64,000 nt of DNA from positions 26,722,001 through 26,786,000 of the forward strand of contig OZ059900.1 of the NCBI GenBank assembly GCA_964057225.1. Direction: 5' to 3'. Within the stretch, counting starts at the first letter, position 1, and each line of letters starts with the position of its first letter. The notes beneath the pieces are model-generated. The model did no database searches. It saw only the letters and a list, made by a program, of their open reading frames with translations, and was not told the DNA's origin. The stretch comes from Auanema rhodensis. Its lineage: Eukaryota; Animalia; Nematoda. Shown in pieces: positions 23,101-38,100 of this stretch. A program made the position numbers and the translations under genes.

Positions 23101-26100
23101 GCTTCACGTGAAAGATAAAGAGATGCGGTTTTCGAAATTAGATTCCCCATGTTCGTATTAGTCTAAAAACAAATTTTTATTGATATTGGTTCATGGTAAC
23201 CATGTCTTTGAAATTTACGTGAACTTTAATTTATGCTAATTAAATGTACACGTGATGTGCACTTGGTATGTAACTCGCTTCACGTGAAAGATAAAGAGAT
23301 GCGGTTTTCAAAATTAGATTCCCCATGTCCATATTAGTCTAAAAACAAATTTTTATTGATATTGGTGCATGGTAACCATGACTTTGAAATTTACGTGAAC
23401 TTTAATTTATGCTAATTAAATGTACACGTGATGTACACTTGGTATGTAACTCGCTTCACGTGAAAGATAAAGAGATGTGGTTTTCAAAATTGGATTCCCC
23501 ATGTCCATATTAGTCTAAAAACAAATTTTTATTGATATTGGTTCATGGTAACCATGACTTTGAAATTTACGTGAACTTTAATTTATGCTAATTAAATGTA
23601 CAAGTGATGTACACTTGGTATGTAACTCGCTTCACGTGAAAGATAAAAAGATGCGGTTTTCAAAATTAGATTCCCCATGTCCATATTAGTCTAAAAACAA
23701 ATTTTTATTGATATTGGTTCATGGTAACCATGTCTTTGAAATTTACGTGAACTTTAATTTATGATAATTAAATGTAAACGTGATGTGCACTTGGTATGTA
23801 ACTCGCTTCACGTGTAAGATAAAGAGATGTGGTTTTCAAAATTAGATTCATCATGTCCATATTAGTCTAAAAACAAATTTTTATTGATATTGGTGCATGG
23901 TAACCATGACTTTGAAATTTACGTGAACTTTAATTTATGCTAATTAAATGTACACGTGATGTGCCCTTGGTATGTAACTCGCTTCACGTGAAAGATAAAG
24001 AGATGCGGTTTTCAAACTTAGATTCCCCATGTCCATATTAGTCTAAAAACAAATTTTTATTGATATTGGTTCATGGTAACCATGACTTTGAAATTTACGT
24101 GAACTTTAATTTATGCTAATTAAATGTACACGTGATGTGCACTTGGTATGTAACTCGCTTCACGTGAAAGATAAAGAGATGCGGTTCTCAAAATTAGATT
24201 CCCCATGTCCATCTTAGTCTAAAAACAAATTTTTATTGATATTGGTGCATGGTAACCATGACTTTGAAATTTACGTGAACTTTAATTTATGCTAATTAAA
24301 TGTACACGTGATGTGCACTTGGTATGTAACTCGCTTCACGTGAAAGATAAAGAGATGCGGTTTTCAAAATTAGATTCCCCATGTCCATATTAGTCTAAAA
24401 ACAAATTTTTATTGATATTGGTTCATGGTAACCATGTCTTTGAAGTTTACGTGAACTTTAATTTATGCTAATTAAATGTACACGTGATGTGCATTTGGTA
24501 TGTAACTCGCTTCACGTGAAAGATAAAGAGATGCGGTTTTCAAAATTAGATTCCCCATGTCCATATTAGTCTAAAAACAAATTTTTATTGATATTGGTTC
24601 ATGGTAACCATGTCTTTGAAGTTTACGTGAACTTTAATTTATGCTAATTAAATGTACACGTGATGTGCACTTGGTATGTAACTCGCTTCACGTGAAAGAT
24701 AAAGAGATGCGGTTTTCAAAATTAGATTCCCCATGTCCATATTAGTCTAAAAACAAATTTTTATTGATATTGGTGCATGGTAACCATGACTTTGAAATTT
24801 ACGTGAACTTTAATTTATGCTAATTAAATGTACACGTGATGTGCACTTGGTATGTAACTCGCTTCACGTGAAAGATAAAGAGATGCGGTTTTCAAAATTA
24901 GATTCCCCATGTCCATATTAGTCTAAAAACAAATTTTTATTGATATTGGTTCATGGTAACCATGACTTTGAAATTTACGTGAACTTTAATTTATGCTAAT
25001 TAAATGTACACGTGATGTGCACTTGGTATGTAACTCGCTTCACGTGTAAGATAAAGAGATGTGGTTTTCAAAATTAGATTCATCATGTCCATATTAGTCT
25101 AAAAACAAATTTTTATTGATATTGGTGCATGGTAACCATGACTTTGAAATTTACGTGAACTTTAATTTATGCTAATTAAATGTACACGTGATGTACACTT
25201 GGTATGTAACTCGCTTCACGTGAAAGATAAAGAGATGCGGTTTTCAAAATTGGATTCCCCATGTCCATATTAGTCTAAAAACAAATTTTTATTGATATTG
25301 GTTCATGGTAACCATGACTTTGAAATTTACGTGAACTTTAATTTATGCTAATTAAATGTACAAGTGATGTACACTTGGTATGTAACTCGCTTCACGTGAA
25401 AGATAAAAAGATGCGGTTTTCAAAATTAGATTCCCCATGTCCATATTAGTCTAAAAACAAATTTTTATTGATATTGGTTCATGGTAACCATGTCTTTGAA
25501 ATTTACGTGAACTTTAATTTATGCTAATTAAATGTACACGTGATGTGCACTTGGTATGTAACTCGCTTCACGTGTAAGATAAAGAGATGTGGTTTTCAAA
25601 ATTAGATTCATCATGTCCATATTAGTCTAAAAACAAATTTTTATTGATATTGGTGCATGGTAACCATGACTTTGAAATTTACGTGAACTTTAATTTATGC
25701 TAATTAAATGTACACGTGATGTGCCCTTGGTATGTAACTCGCTTCACGTGAAAGATAAAGAGATGCGGTTTTCAAACTTAGATTCCCCATGTCCATATTA
25801 GTCTAAAAACAAATTTTTATTGATATTGGTTCATGGTAACCATGACTTTGAAATTTACGTGAACTTTAATTTATGCTAATTAAATGTACACGTGATGTGC
25901 ACTTGGTATGTAACTCGCTTCACGTGAAAGATAAAGAGATGCGGTTCTCAAAATTAGATTCCCCATGTCCATCTTAGTCTAAAAACAAATTTTTATTGAT
26001 ATTGGTGCATGGTAACCATGACTTTGAAATTTACGTGAACTTTAATTTATGCTAATTAAATGTACACGTGATGTGCACTTGGTATGTAACTCGCTTCACG

Positions 26101-29100
26101 TGAAAGATAAAGAGATGCGGTTTTCAAAATTAGATTCCCCATGTCCATATTAGTCTAAAAACAAATTTTTATTGATATTGGTTCATGGTAACCATGTCTT
26201 TGAAGTTTACGTGAACTTTAATTTATGCTAATTAAATGTACACGTGATGTGCATTTGGTATGTAACTCGCTTCACGTGAAAGATAAAGAGATGCGGTTTT
26301 CAAAATTAGATTCCCCATGTCCATATTAGTCTAAAAACAAATTTTTATTGATATTGGTTCATGGTAACCATGTCTTTGAAGTTTACGTGAACTTTAATTT
26401 ATGCTAATTAAATGTACACGTGATGTGCACTTGGTATGTAACTCGCTTCACGTGAAAGATAAAGAGATGCGGTTTTCAAAATTAGATTCCCCATGTCCAT
26501 ATTAGTCTAAAAACAAATTTTTATTGATATTGGTGCATGGTAACCATGACTTTGGAATTTACGTGAACTTTAATTTATGCTAATTAAATGTACACGTGAT
26601 GTGCACTTGGTATGTAACTCGCTTCACGTGAAAGATAAAGAGATGCGGTTTTCAAAATTAGATTCCCCATGTCCATATTAGTCTAAAAACAAATTTTTAT
26701 TGATATTGGTTCATGGTAACCATGACTTTGAAATTTACGTGAACTTTAATTTATGCTAATTAAATGTACACGTGATGTGCCCTTGGTATGTAACTCGCTT
26801 CACGTGAAAGATAAAGAGATGCGGTTTTCAAAATTAGATTCCCCATGTCCATATTAGTCTAAAAACAAATTTTTATTGATATTGGTGCATGGTAACCATG
26901 ACTTTGAAATTTACGTGAACTTTAATTTATGCTAATTAAATGTACACGTGATGTACACTTGGTATGTAACTCGCTTCACGTGAAAGATAAAGAGATGCGG
27001 TTTTCAAAATTAGATTCCCCATGTCCATATTAGTCTAAAAACAAATTTTTATTGATATTGGTTCATGGTAACCATGACTTTGAAATTTACGTGAACTTTA
27101 ATTTATGTTAATTAAATGTACAAGTGATGTACACTTGGTATGTAACTCGCTTCACGTGAAAGATAAAAAGATGCGGTTTCCAAAATTAGATTCCCCATGT
27201 CCATATTAGTCTAAAAACAAATTTTTATTGATATTGGTTCATGGTAACCATGTCTTTGAAATTTACGTGAACTTTAATTTATGCTAATTAAATGTACACG
27301 TGATGTGCACTTGGTATGTAACTCGCTTCACGTGAAAGATAAAGAGATGCGGTTTTCAAAATTAGATTCCCCATGTCCATATTAGTCTAAAAACAAATTT
27401 TTATTGATATTGGTGCATGGTAACCATGACTTTGAAATTTACGTGAACTTTAATTTATGCTAATTAAATGTACACGTGATGTGCCCTTGGTATGTAACTC
27501 GCTTCACGTGAAAGATAAAGAGATGCGGTTTTCAAACTTAGATTCCCCATGTCCATATTAGTCTAAAAACAAATTTTTATTGATATTGGTTCATGGTAAC
27601 CATGACTTTGAAATTTACGTGAACTTTAATTTATGCTAATTAAATGTACACGTGATGTGCCCTTGGTATGTAACTCGCTTCACGTGAAAGATAAAGAGAT
27701 GCGGTTCTCAAAATTAGATTCCCCAAGTCCATATTAGTCTAAAAACAAATTTTTATTGATATTGGTTCATGGTAACCATGTCTTTGAAGTTTACGTGAAC
27801 TTTAATTTATGCTAATTAAATGTACACGTGATGTGCACTTGGTATGTAACTCGCTTCACGTGAAAGATAAAGAGATGCGGTTTTCAAAATTAGATTCCCC
27901 ATGTCCATATTAGTCTAAAAACAAATTTTTATTGATATTGGTGCATGGTAACCATGACTTTGAAATTTACGTGAACTTTAATTTATGCTAATTAAATGTA
28001 CACGTGATGTGCACTTGGTATGTAACTCGCTTCACGTGAAAGATAAAGAGATGCGGTTTTCAAAATTAGATTCCCCATGTCCATATTAGTCTAAAAACAA
28101 ATTTTTTTGATATTGGTTCATGGTAACCATGTCTTTGAAATTTACGTGAACTTTAATTTATGCTAATTAAATGTACACGTGATGTGCACTTGGTATGTAA
28201 CTCGCTTCACGTGAAAGATAAAGAGATGCGGTTTTCAAAATTAGATTCCCCATGTCCATATTAGTCTAAAAACAAATTTTTATTGATATTGGTTCATGGT
28301 AACCATGACTTTGAAATTTACGTGAACTTTAATTTATGCTAATTAAATGTACACGTGATGTGCCCTTGGTATGTAACTCGCTTCACGTGAAAGATAAAGA
28401 GATGCGGTTCTCAAAATTAGATTCCCCAAGTCCATATTAGTCTAAAAACAAATTTTTATTGATATTGGTTCATGGTAACCATGTCTTTGAAGTTTACGTG
28501 AACTTTAATTTATGCTAATTAAATGTACACGTGATGTGCACTTGGTATGTAACTCGCTTCACGTGAAAGATAAAGAGATGCGGTTTTCAAAATTAGATTC
28601 CCCATGTCCATATTAGTCTAAAAACAAATTTTTATTGATATTGGTGCATGGTAACCATGACTTTGAAATTTACGTGAACTTTAATTTATGCTAATTAAAT
28701 GTACACGTGATGTGCACTTGGTATGTAACTCGCTTCACGTGAAAGATAAAGAGATGCGGTTTTCAAAATTAGATTCCCCATGTCCATATTAGTCTAAAAA
28801 CAAATTTTTTTGATATTGGTTCATGGTAACCATGTCTTTGAAATTTACGTGAACTTTAATTTATGCTAATTAAATGTACACGTGATGTGCACTTGGTATG
28901 TAACTCGCTTCACGTGAAAGATAAAGAGATGCGGTTTTCAAAATTAGATTCCCCATGTCCATATTAGTCTAAAAACAAATTTTTATTGATATTGGTTCAT
29001 GGTAACCATGACTTTGAAATTTACGTGAACTTTAATTTATGCTAATTAAATGTACACGTGATGTGCACTTGGTATGTAACTCGCTTCACGTGAAAGATAA

Positions 29101-32100
29101 AGAGATGTGGTTTTTAAAATTAGATTCCCCATGTTCATATTAGTCTAAAAACAAATTTTTATTGATATTGGTTCATGGTAACCATGACTTTGAAATTTAC
29201 GTGAACTTTAATTTATGCTAATTAAATGTACACGTGATGTGCACTTGGTATGTAACTCGCTTCACGTGAAAGATAAAGAGATGCGGTTCTCAAAATTAGA
29301 TTCCCCAAGTCCATATTAGTCTAAAAACAAATTTTTATTGATATTGGTTCATGGTAACCATGTCTTTGAAATTTACGTGAACTTTAATTTATGCTAATTA
29401 AATGTACACGTGATGTGCACTTGGTATGTAACTCGCTTCACGTGAAAGATAAAAAGATGCGGTTTCCAAAATTAGATTCCCCATGTCCATATTAGTCTAA
29501 AAACAAATTTTTATTGATATTGGTTCATGGTAACCATGTCTTTGAAATTTACGTGAACTTTAATTTATGCTAATTAAATGTACACGTGATGTGCACTTGG
29601 TATGTAACTCGCTTCACGTGAAAGATAACGAGATGTGGTTTTCAAAATTAGATTCCCCATGTCCATATTAGTCTAAAAACAAATTTTTATTGATATTGGT
29701 TCATGGTAACCATGTCTTTGAAATTTACGTGAACTTTAATTTATGCTAATTAAATGTACACGTGATGTGCACTTGGTATGTAACTCGCTTCACGTGAAAG
29801 ATAACGAGATGTGGTTTTCAAAATTAGATTCCCCATGTCCATATTAGTCTAAAAACAAATTTTTATTGATATTGGTTCATGGTAACCATGTCTTTGAAAT
29901 TTACGTGAACTTTAATTTATGCTAATTAAATGTACACGTGATGTGCACTTGGTATGTAACTCGCTTCACGTGAAAGATAACGAGATGTGGTTTTCAAAAT
30001 TAGATTCCCCATGTCCATATTAGTCTAAAAACAAATTTTTATTGATATTGGTTCATGGTAACCATGTCTTTGAAATTTACGTGAACTTTAATTTATGCTA
30101 ATTAAATGTACACGTGATGTGCACTTGGTATGTAACTCGCTTCACGTGTAAGATAAAGAGATGCGGTTTTCAAAATTAGATTCATCATGTCCATATTAGT
30201 CTAAAAACAAATTTTTATTGATATTGGTGCATGGTAACCATGACTTTGAAATTTACGTGAACTTTAATTTATGCTAATTAAATGTACACGTGATGTGCCC
30301 TTGGTATGTAACTCGCTTCACGTGAAAGATAAAGAGATGCGGTTTTCAAACTTAGATTCCCCATGTCCATATTAGTCTAAAAACAAATTTTTATTGATAT
30401 TGGTTCATGGTAACCATGACTTTGAAATTTACGTGAACTTTAATTTATGCTAATTAAATGTACACGTGATGTGCCCTTGGTATGTAACTCGCTTCACGTG
30501 AAAGATAAAGAGATGCGGTTCTCAAAATTAGATTCCCCAAGTCCATATTAGTCTAAAAACAAATTTTTATTGATATTGGTTCATGGTAACCATGTCTTTG
30601 AAGTTTACGTGAACTTTAATTTATGCTAATTAAATGTACACGTGATGTGCACTTGGTATGTAACTCGCTTCACGTGAAAGATAAAGAGATGCGGTTTTCA
30701 AACTTAGATTCCCCATGTCCATATTAGTCTAAAAACAAATTTTTATTGATATTGGTGCATGGTAACCATGACTTTGAAATTTACGTGAACTTTAATTTAT
30801 GCTAATTAAATGTACACGTGATGTGCACTTGGTATGTAACTCGCTTCACGTGAAAGATAAAGAGATGCGGTTTTCAAAATTAGATTCCCCATGTCCATAT
30901 TAGTCTAAAAACAAATTTTTTTGATATTGGTTCATGGTAACCATGTCTTTGAAATTTACGTGAACTTTAATTTATGCTAATTAAATGTACACGTGATGTG
31001 CACTTGGTATGTAACTCGCTTCACGTGAAAGATAAAGAGATGCGGTTTTCAAAATTAGATTCCCCATGTCCATATTAGTCTAAAAACAAATTTTTATTGA
31101 TATTGGTTCATGGTAACCATGACTTTGAAATTTACGTGAACTTTAATTTATGCTAATTAAATGTACACGTGATGTGCACTTGGTATGTAACTCGCTTCAC
31201 GTGAAAGATAAAGAGATGTGGTTTTTAAAATTAGATTCCCCATGTTCATATTAGTCTAAAAACAAATTTTTATTGATATTGGTTCATGGTAACCATGACT
31301 TTGAAATTTACGTGAACTTTAATTTATGCCAATTAAATGTACACGTGATGTGCACTTGGTATGTAACTCGCTTCACGTGAAAGATAAAGAGATGCGGTTT
31401 TTGAAATTAGATTCCCCATGTCCATATTAGTCTAAAAACAAATTTTTATTGATATTGGTTCATGGTAACCATGTCTTTGAAATTTACGTGAACTTTAATT
31501 TATGCTAATTAAATGTACACGTGATGTGCACTTGGTATGTAACTCGCTTCACGTGAAAGATAAAGAGATGCGGTTTTCAAAATTAGATTCCCCATGTCCA
31601 TATTAGTCTAAAAACAAATTTTTATTGATATTGGTGCATGGTAACCATGACTTTGAAATTTACGTGAACTTTAATTTATGCTAATTAAATGTACACGTGA
31701 TGTGCCCTTGGTATGTAACTCGCTTCACGTGAAAGATAAAGAGATGCGGTTCTCAAAATTAGATTCCCCAAGTCCATATTAGTCTAAAAACAAATTTTTA
31801 TTGATATTGGTTCATGGTAACCATGTCTTTGAAGTTTACGTGAACTTTAATTTATGCTAATTAAATGTACACGTGATGTGCACTTGGTATGTAACTCGCT
31901 TCACGTGAAAGATAAAGAGATGCGGTTTTCAAAATTAGATTCCCCATGTCCATATTAGTCTAAAAACAAATTTTTATTGATATTGGTTCATGGTAACCAT
32001 GTCTTTGAAGTTTACGTGAACTTTAATTTATGCTAATTAAATGTACACGTGATGTGCACTTGGTATGTAACTCGCTTCACGTGAAAGATAAAGAGATGCG

Positions 32101-35100
32101 GTTTTCAAAATTAAATTCCCCATGTCCATATTAGTCTAAAAACAAATTTTTATTGATATTGGTTCATGGTAACCATGTCTTTGAAATTTACGTGAACTTT
32201 AATTTATGCTAATTAAATGTACACGCGATGTGCACTTGGTATGTAACTCGCTTCACGTGAAAGATAAAGAGATGCGGTTTTCAAAATTAGATTCCCCATG
32301 TCCATATTAGTCTAAAAACAAATTTTTATTGATATTGGTGCATGGTAACCATGACTTTGAAATTTACGTGAACTTTAATTTATGCTAATTAAATGTACAC
32401 GTGATGTACACTTGGTATGTAACTCGCTTCACGTGAAAGATAAAGAGATGCGGTTTTCAAAATTAGATTCCCCATGTCCACATTAGTCTAAAAACAAATT
32501 TTTATTGATATTGGTGCATGGTAACCATGACTTTGAAATTTACGTGAACTTTAATTTATGCTAATTAAATGTACACGTGATGTGCCCTTGGTATGTAACT
32601 CGCTTCACGTGAAAGATAAAGAGATGCGGTTTTCAAAATTAGATTCCCCATGTCCATATTAGTCTAAAAACAAATTTTTATTGATATTGGTGCATGGTAA
32701 CCATGACTTTGAAATTTACGTGAACTTTAATTTATGCTAATTAAATGTACACGTGATGTACACTTGGTATGTAACTCGCTTCACGTGAAAGATAAAGAGA
32801 TGCGGTTTTCAAAATTAGATTCCCCATGTCCATATTAGTCTAAAAACAAATTTTTATTGATATTGGTTCATGGTAACCATGACTTTGAAATTTACGTGAA
32901 CTTTAATTTATGTTAATTAAATGTACAAGTGATGTACACTTGGTATGTAACTCGCTTCACGTGAAAGATAAAAAGATGCGGTTTCCAAAATTAGATTCCC
33001 CATGTCCATATTAGTCTAAAAACAAATTTTTATTGATATTGGTTCATGGTAACCATGTCTTTGAAATTTACGTGAACTTTAATTTATGCTAATTAAATGT
33101 ACACGTGATGTGCACTTGGTATGTAACTCGCTTCACGTGAAAGATAACGAGATGTGGTTTTCAAAATTAGATTCCCCATGTCCATATTAGTCTAAAAACA
33201 AATTTTTATTGATATTGGTTCATGGTAACCATGTCTTTGAAATTTACGTGAACTTTAATTTATGCTAATTAAATGTACACGTGATGTACACTTGGTATGT
33301 AACTCGCTTCACGTGAAAGATAAAGAGATGCGGTTTTCAAAATTAGATTCCCCATGTCCATATTAGTCTAAAAACAAATTTTTATTGATATTGGTTCATG
33401 GTAACCATGACTTTGAAATTTACGTGAACTTTAATTTATGTTAATTAAATGTACAAGTGATGTACACTTGGTATGTAACTCGCTTCACGTGAAAGATAAA
33501 AAGATGCGGTTTCCAAAATTAGATTCCCCATGTCCATATTAGTCTAAAAACAAATTTTTATTGATATTGGTTCATGGTAACCATGTCTTTGAAATTTACG
33601 TGAACTTTAATTTATGCTAATTAAAAGTACACGTGATGTGCCCTTGGTATGTAACTCGCTTCACGTGAAAGATAAAGAGATGCGGTTTTCAAACTTAGAT
33701 TCCCCATGTCCATATTAGTCTAAAAACAAATTTTTATTGATATTGGTTCATGGTAACCATGACTTTGAAATTTACGTGAACTTTAATTTATGCTAATTAA
33801 ATGTACACGTGATGTGCCCTTGGTATGTAACTCGCTTCACGTGAAAGATAAAGAGATGCGGTTCTCAAAATTAGATTCCCCAAGTCCATATTAGTCTAAA
33901 AACAAATTTTTATTGATATTGGTTCATGGTAACCATGTCTTTGAAGTTTACGTGAACTTTAATTTATGCTAATTAAATGTACACGTGATGTGCACTTGGT
34001 ATGTAACTCGCTTCACGTGAAAGATAAAGAGATGCGGTTCTCAAAATTAGATTCCCCATGTCCATATTAGTCTAAAAACAAATTTTTATTGATATTGGTG
34101 CATGGTAACCATGACTTTGAAATTTACGTGAACTTTAATTTATGCTAATTAAATGTACACGTGATGTGCACTTGGTATGTAACTCGCTTCACGTGAAAGA
34201 TAAAGAGATGCGGTTTTCAAAATTAGATTCCCCATGTCCATATTAGTCTAAAAACAAATTTTTTTGATATTGGTTCATGGTAACCATGTCTTTGAAATTT
34301 ACGTGAACTTTAATTTATGCTAATTAAATGTACACGTGATGTGCACTTGGTATGTAACTCGCTTCACGTGAAAGATAAAGAGATGCGGTTTTCAAAATTA
34401 GATTCCCCATGTCCATATTAGTCTAAAAACAAATTTTTATTGATATTGGTTCATGGTAACCATGACTTTGAAATTTACGTGAACTTTAATTTATGCTAAT
34501 TAAATGTACACGTGATGTGCACTTGGTATGTAACTCGCTTCACGTGAAAGATAAAGAGATGTGGTTTTTAAAATTAGATTCCCCATGTTCATATTAGTCT
34601 AAAAACAAATTTTTATTGATATTGGTTCATGGTAACCATGACTTTGAAATTTACGTGAACTTTAATTTATGCCAATTAAATGTACACGTGATGTGCACTT
34701 GGTATGTAACTCGCTTCACGTGAAAGATAAAGAGATGCGGTTTTTGAAATTAGATTCCCCATGTCCATATTAGTCTAAAAACAAATTTTTATTGATATTG
34801 GTTCATGGTAACCATGTCTTTGAAATTTACGTGAACTTTAATTTATGCTAATTAAATGTACACGTGATGTGCACTTGGTATGTAACTCGCTTCACGTGAA
34901 AGATAAAGAGATGCGGTTTTCAAAATTAGATTCCCCATGTCCATATTAGTCTAAAAACAAATTTTTATTGATATTGGTGCATGGTAACCATGACTTTGAA
35001 ATTTACGTGAACTTTAATTTATGCTAATTAAATGTACACGTGATGTACACTTGGTATGTAACTCGCTTCACGTGAAAGATAAAGAGATGCGGTTTTCAAA

Positions 35101-38100
35101 ATTAGATTCCCCATGTCCATATTAGTCTAAAAACAAATTTTTATTGATATTGGTTCATGGTAACCATGTCTTTGAAGTTTACGTGAACTTTAATTTATGC
35201 TAATTAAATGTGCACGTGATGTGCACTTGGTATGTAACTCGCTTCACGTGAAAGATAAAGAGATGCGGTTTTCAAAATTAGATTCCCCATGTCCATATTA
35301 GTCTAAAAACAAATTTTTATTGATATTGGTGCATGGTAACCATGACTTTGAAATTTACGTGAACTTTAATTTATGCTAATTAAATGTACACGTGATGTGC
35401 ACTTGGTATGTAACTCGCTTCACGTGAAAGATAAAGAGATGCGGTTTTCAAAATTAGATTCCCCATGTCCATATTAGTCTAAAAACAAATTTTTATTGAT
35501 ATTGGTTCATGGTAACCATGACTTTGAAATTTACGTGAACTTTAATTTATGCTAATTAAATGTACACGTGATGTGCACTTGGTATGTAACTCGCTTCACG
35601 TGAAAGATAAGGAGATGTGGTTTTTAAAATTAGATTCCCCATGTCCATATTAGTCTAAAAACAAATTTTTATTGATATTGGTTCATGGTAACCATGTCTT
35701 TGAAATTTACGTGAACTTTAATTTATGCTAATTAAATGTACACGCGATGTGCACTTGGTATGTAACTCGCTTCACGTGAAAGATAAAGAGATGCGGTTTT
35801 CAAAATTAGATTCCCCATGTCCATATTAGTCTAAAAACAAATTTTTATTGATATTGGTGCATGGTAACCATGACTTTGAAATTTACGTGAACTTTAATTT
35901 ATGCTAATTAAATGTACACGTGATGTACACTTGGTATGTAACTCGCTTCACGTGAAAGATAAAGAGATGCGGTTTTCAAAATTAGATTCCCCATGTCCAT
36001 ATTAGTCTAAAAACAAATTTTTATTGATATTGGTTCATGGTAACCATGACTTTGAAATTTACGTGAACTTTAATTTATGTTAATTAAATGTACAAGTGAT
36101 GTACACTTGGTATGTAACTCGCTTCACGTGAAAGATAAAAAGATGCGGTTTCCAAAATTAGATTCCCCATGTCCATATTAGTCTAAAAACAAATTTTTAT
36201 TGATATTGGTTCATGGTAACCATGTCTTTGAAATTTACGTGAACTTTAATTTATGCTAATTAAATGTACACGTGATGTGCACTTGGTATGTAACTCGCTT
36301 CACGTGAAAGATAACGAGATGTGGTTTTCAAAATTAGATTCCCCATGTCCATATTAGTCTAAAAACAAATTTTTATTGATATTGGTTCATGGTAACCATG
36401 TCTTTGAAATTTACGTGAACTTTAATTTATGCTAATTAAATGTACACGTGATGTGCACTTGGTATGTAACTCGCTTCACGTGTAAGATAAAGAGATGCGG
36501 TTTTCAAAATTAGATTCATCATGTCCATATTAGTCTAAAAACAAATTTTTATTGATATTGGTGCATGGTAACCATGACTTTGAAATTTACGTGAACTTTA
36601 ATTTATGCTAATTAAATGTACACGTGATGTGCCCTTGGTATGTAACTCGCTTCACGTGAAAGATAAAGAGATGCGGTTTTCAAACTTAGATTCCCCATGT
36701 CCATATTAGTCTAAAAACAAATTTTTATTGATATTGGTTCATGGTAACCATGACTTTGAAATTTACGTGAACTTTAATTTATGCTAATTAAATGTACACG
36801 TGATGTGCCCTTGGTATGTAACTCGCTTCACGTGAAAGATAAAGAGATGCGGTTCTCAAAATTAGATTCCCCAAGTCCATATTAGTCTAAAAACAAATTT
36901 TTATTGATATTGGTTCATGGTAACCATGTCTTTGAAGTTTACGTGAACTTTAATTTATGCTAATTAAATGTACACGTGATGTGCACTTGGTATGTAACTC
37001 GCTTCACGTGAAAGATAAAGAGATGCGGTTTTCAAAATTAGATTCCCCATGTCCATATTAGTCTAAAAACAAATTTTTATTGATATTGGTGCATGGTAAC
37101 CATGACTTTGAAATTTACGTGAACTTTAATTTATGCTAATTAAATGTACACGTGATGTGCACTTGGTATGTAACTCGCTTCACGTGAAAGATAAAGAGAT
37201 GCGGTTTTCAAAATTAGATTCCCCATGTCCATATTAGTCTAAAAACAAATTTTTTTGATATTGGTTCATGGTAACCATGTCTTTGAAATTTACGTGAACT
37301 TTAATTTATGCTAATTAAATGTACACGTGATGTGCACTTGGTATGTAACTCGCTTCACGTGAAAGATAAAGAGATGCGGTTTTCAAAATTAGATTCCCCA
37401 TGTCCATATTAGTCTAAAAACAAATTTTTATTGATATTGGTTCATGGTAACCATGACTTTGAAATTTACGTGAACTTTAATTTATGCTAATTAAATGTAC
37501 ACGTGATGTGCACTTGGTATGTAACTCGCTTCACGTGAAAGATAAAGAGATGTGGTTTTTAAAATTAGATTCCCCATGTTCATATTAGTCTAAAAACAAA
37601 TTTTTATTGATATTGGTTCATGGTAACCATGACTTTGAAATTTACGTGAACTTTAATTTATGCCAATTAAATGTACACGTGATGTGCACTTGGTATGTAA
37701 CTCGCTTCACGTGAAAGATAAAGAGATGCGGTTTTTGAAATTAGATTCCCCATGTCCATATTAGTCTAAAAACAAATTTTTATTGATATTGGTTCATGGT
37801 AACCATGTCTTTGAAATTTACGTGAACTTTAATTTATGCTAATTAAATGTACACGTGATGTGCACTTGGTATGTGACTCGCTTCACGTGAAAGATAAAGA
37901 GATGCGGTTCTCAAAATTAGATTCCCCAAGTCCATATTAGTCTAAAAACAAATTTTTATTGATATTGGTTCATGGTAACCATGTCTTTGAAGTTTACGTG
38001 AACTTTAATTTATGCTAATTAAATGTACACGTGATGTGCACTTGGTATGTAACTCGCTTCACGTGAAAGATAAAGAGATGCGGTTTTCAAAATTAGATTC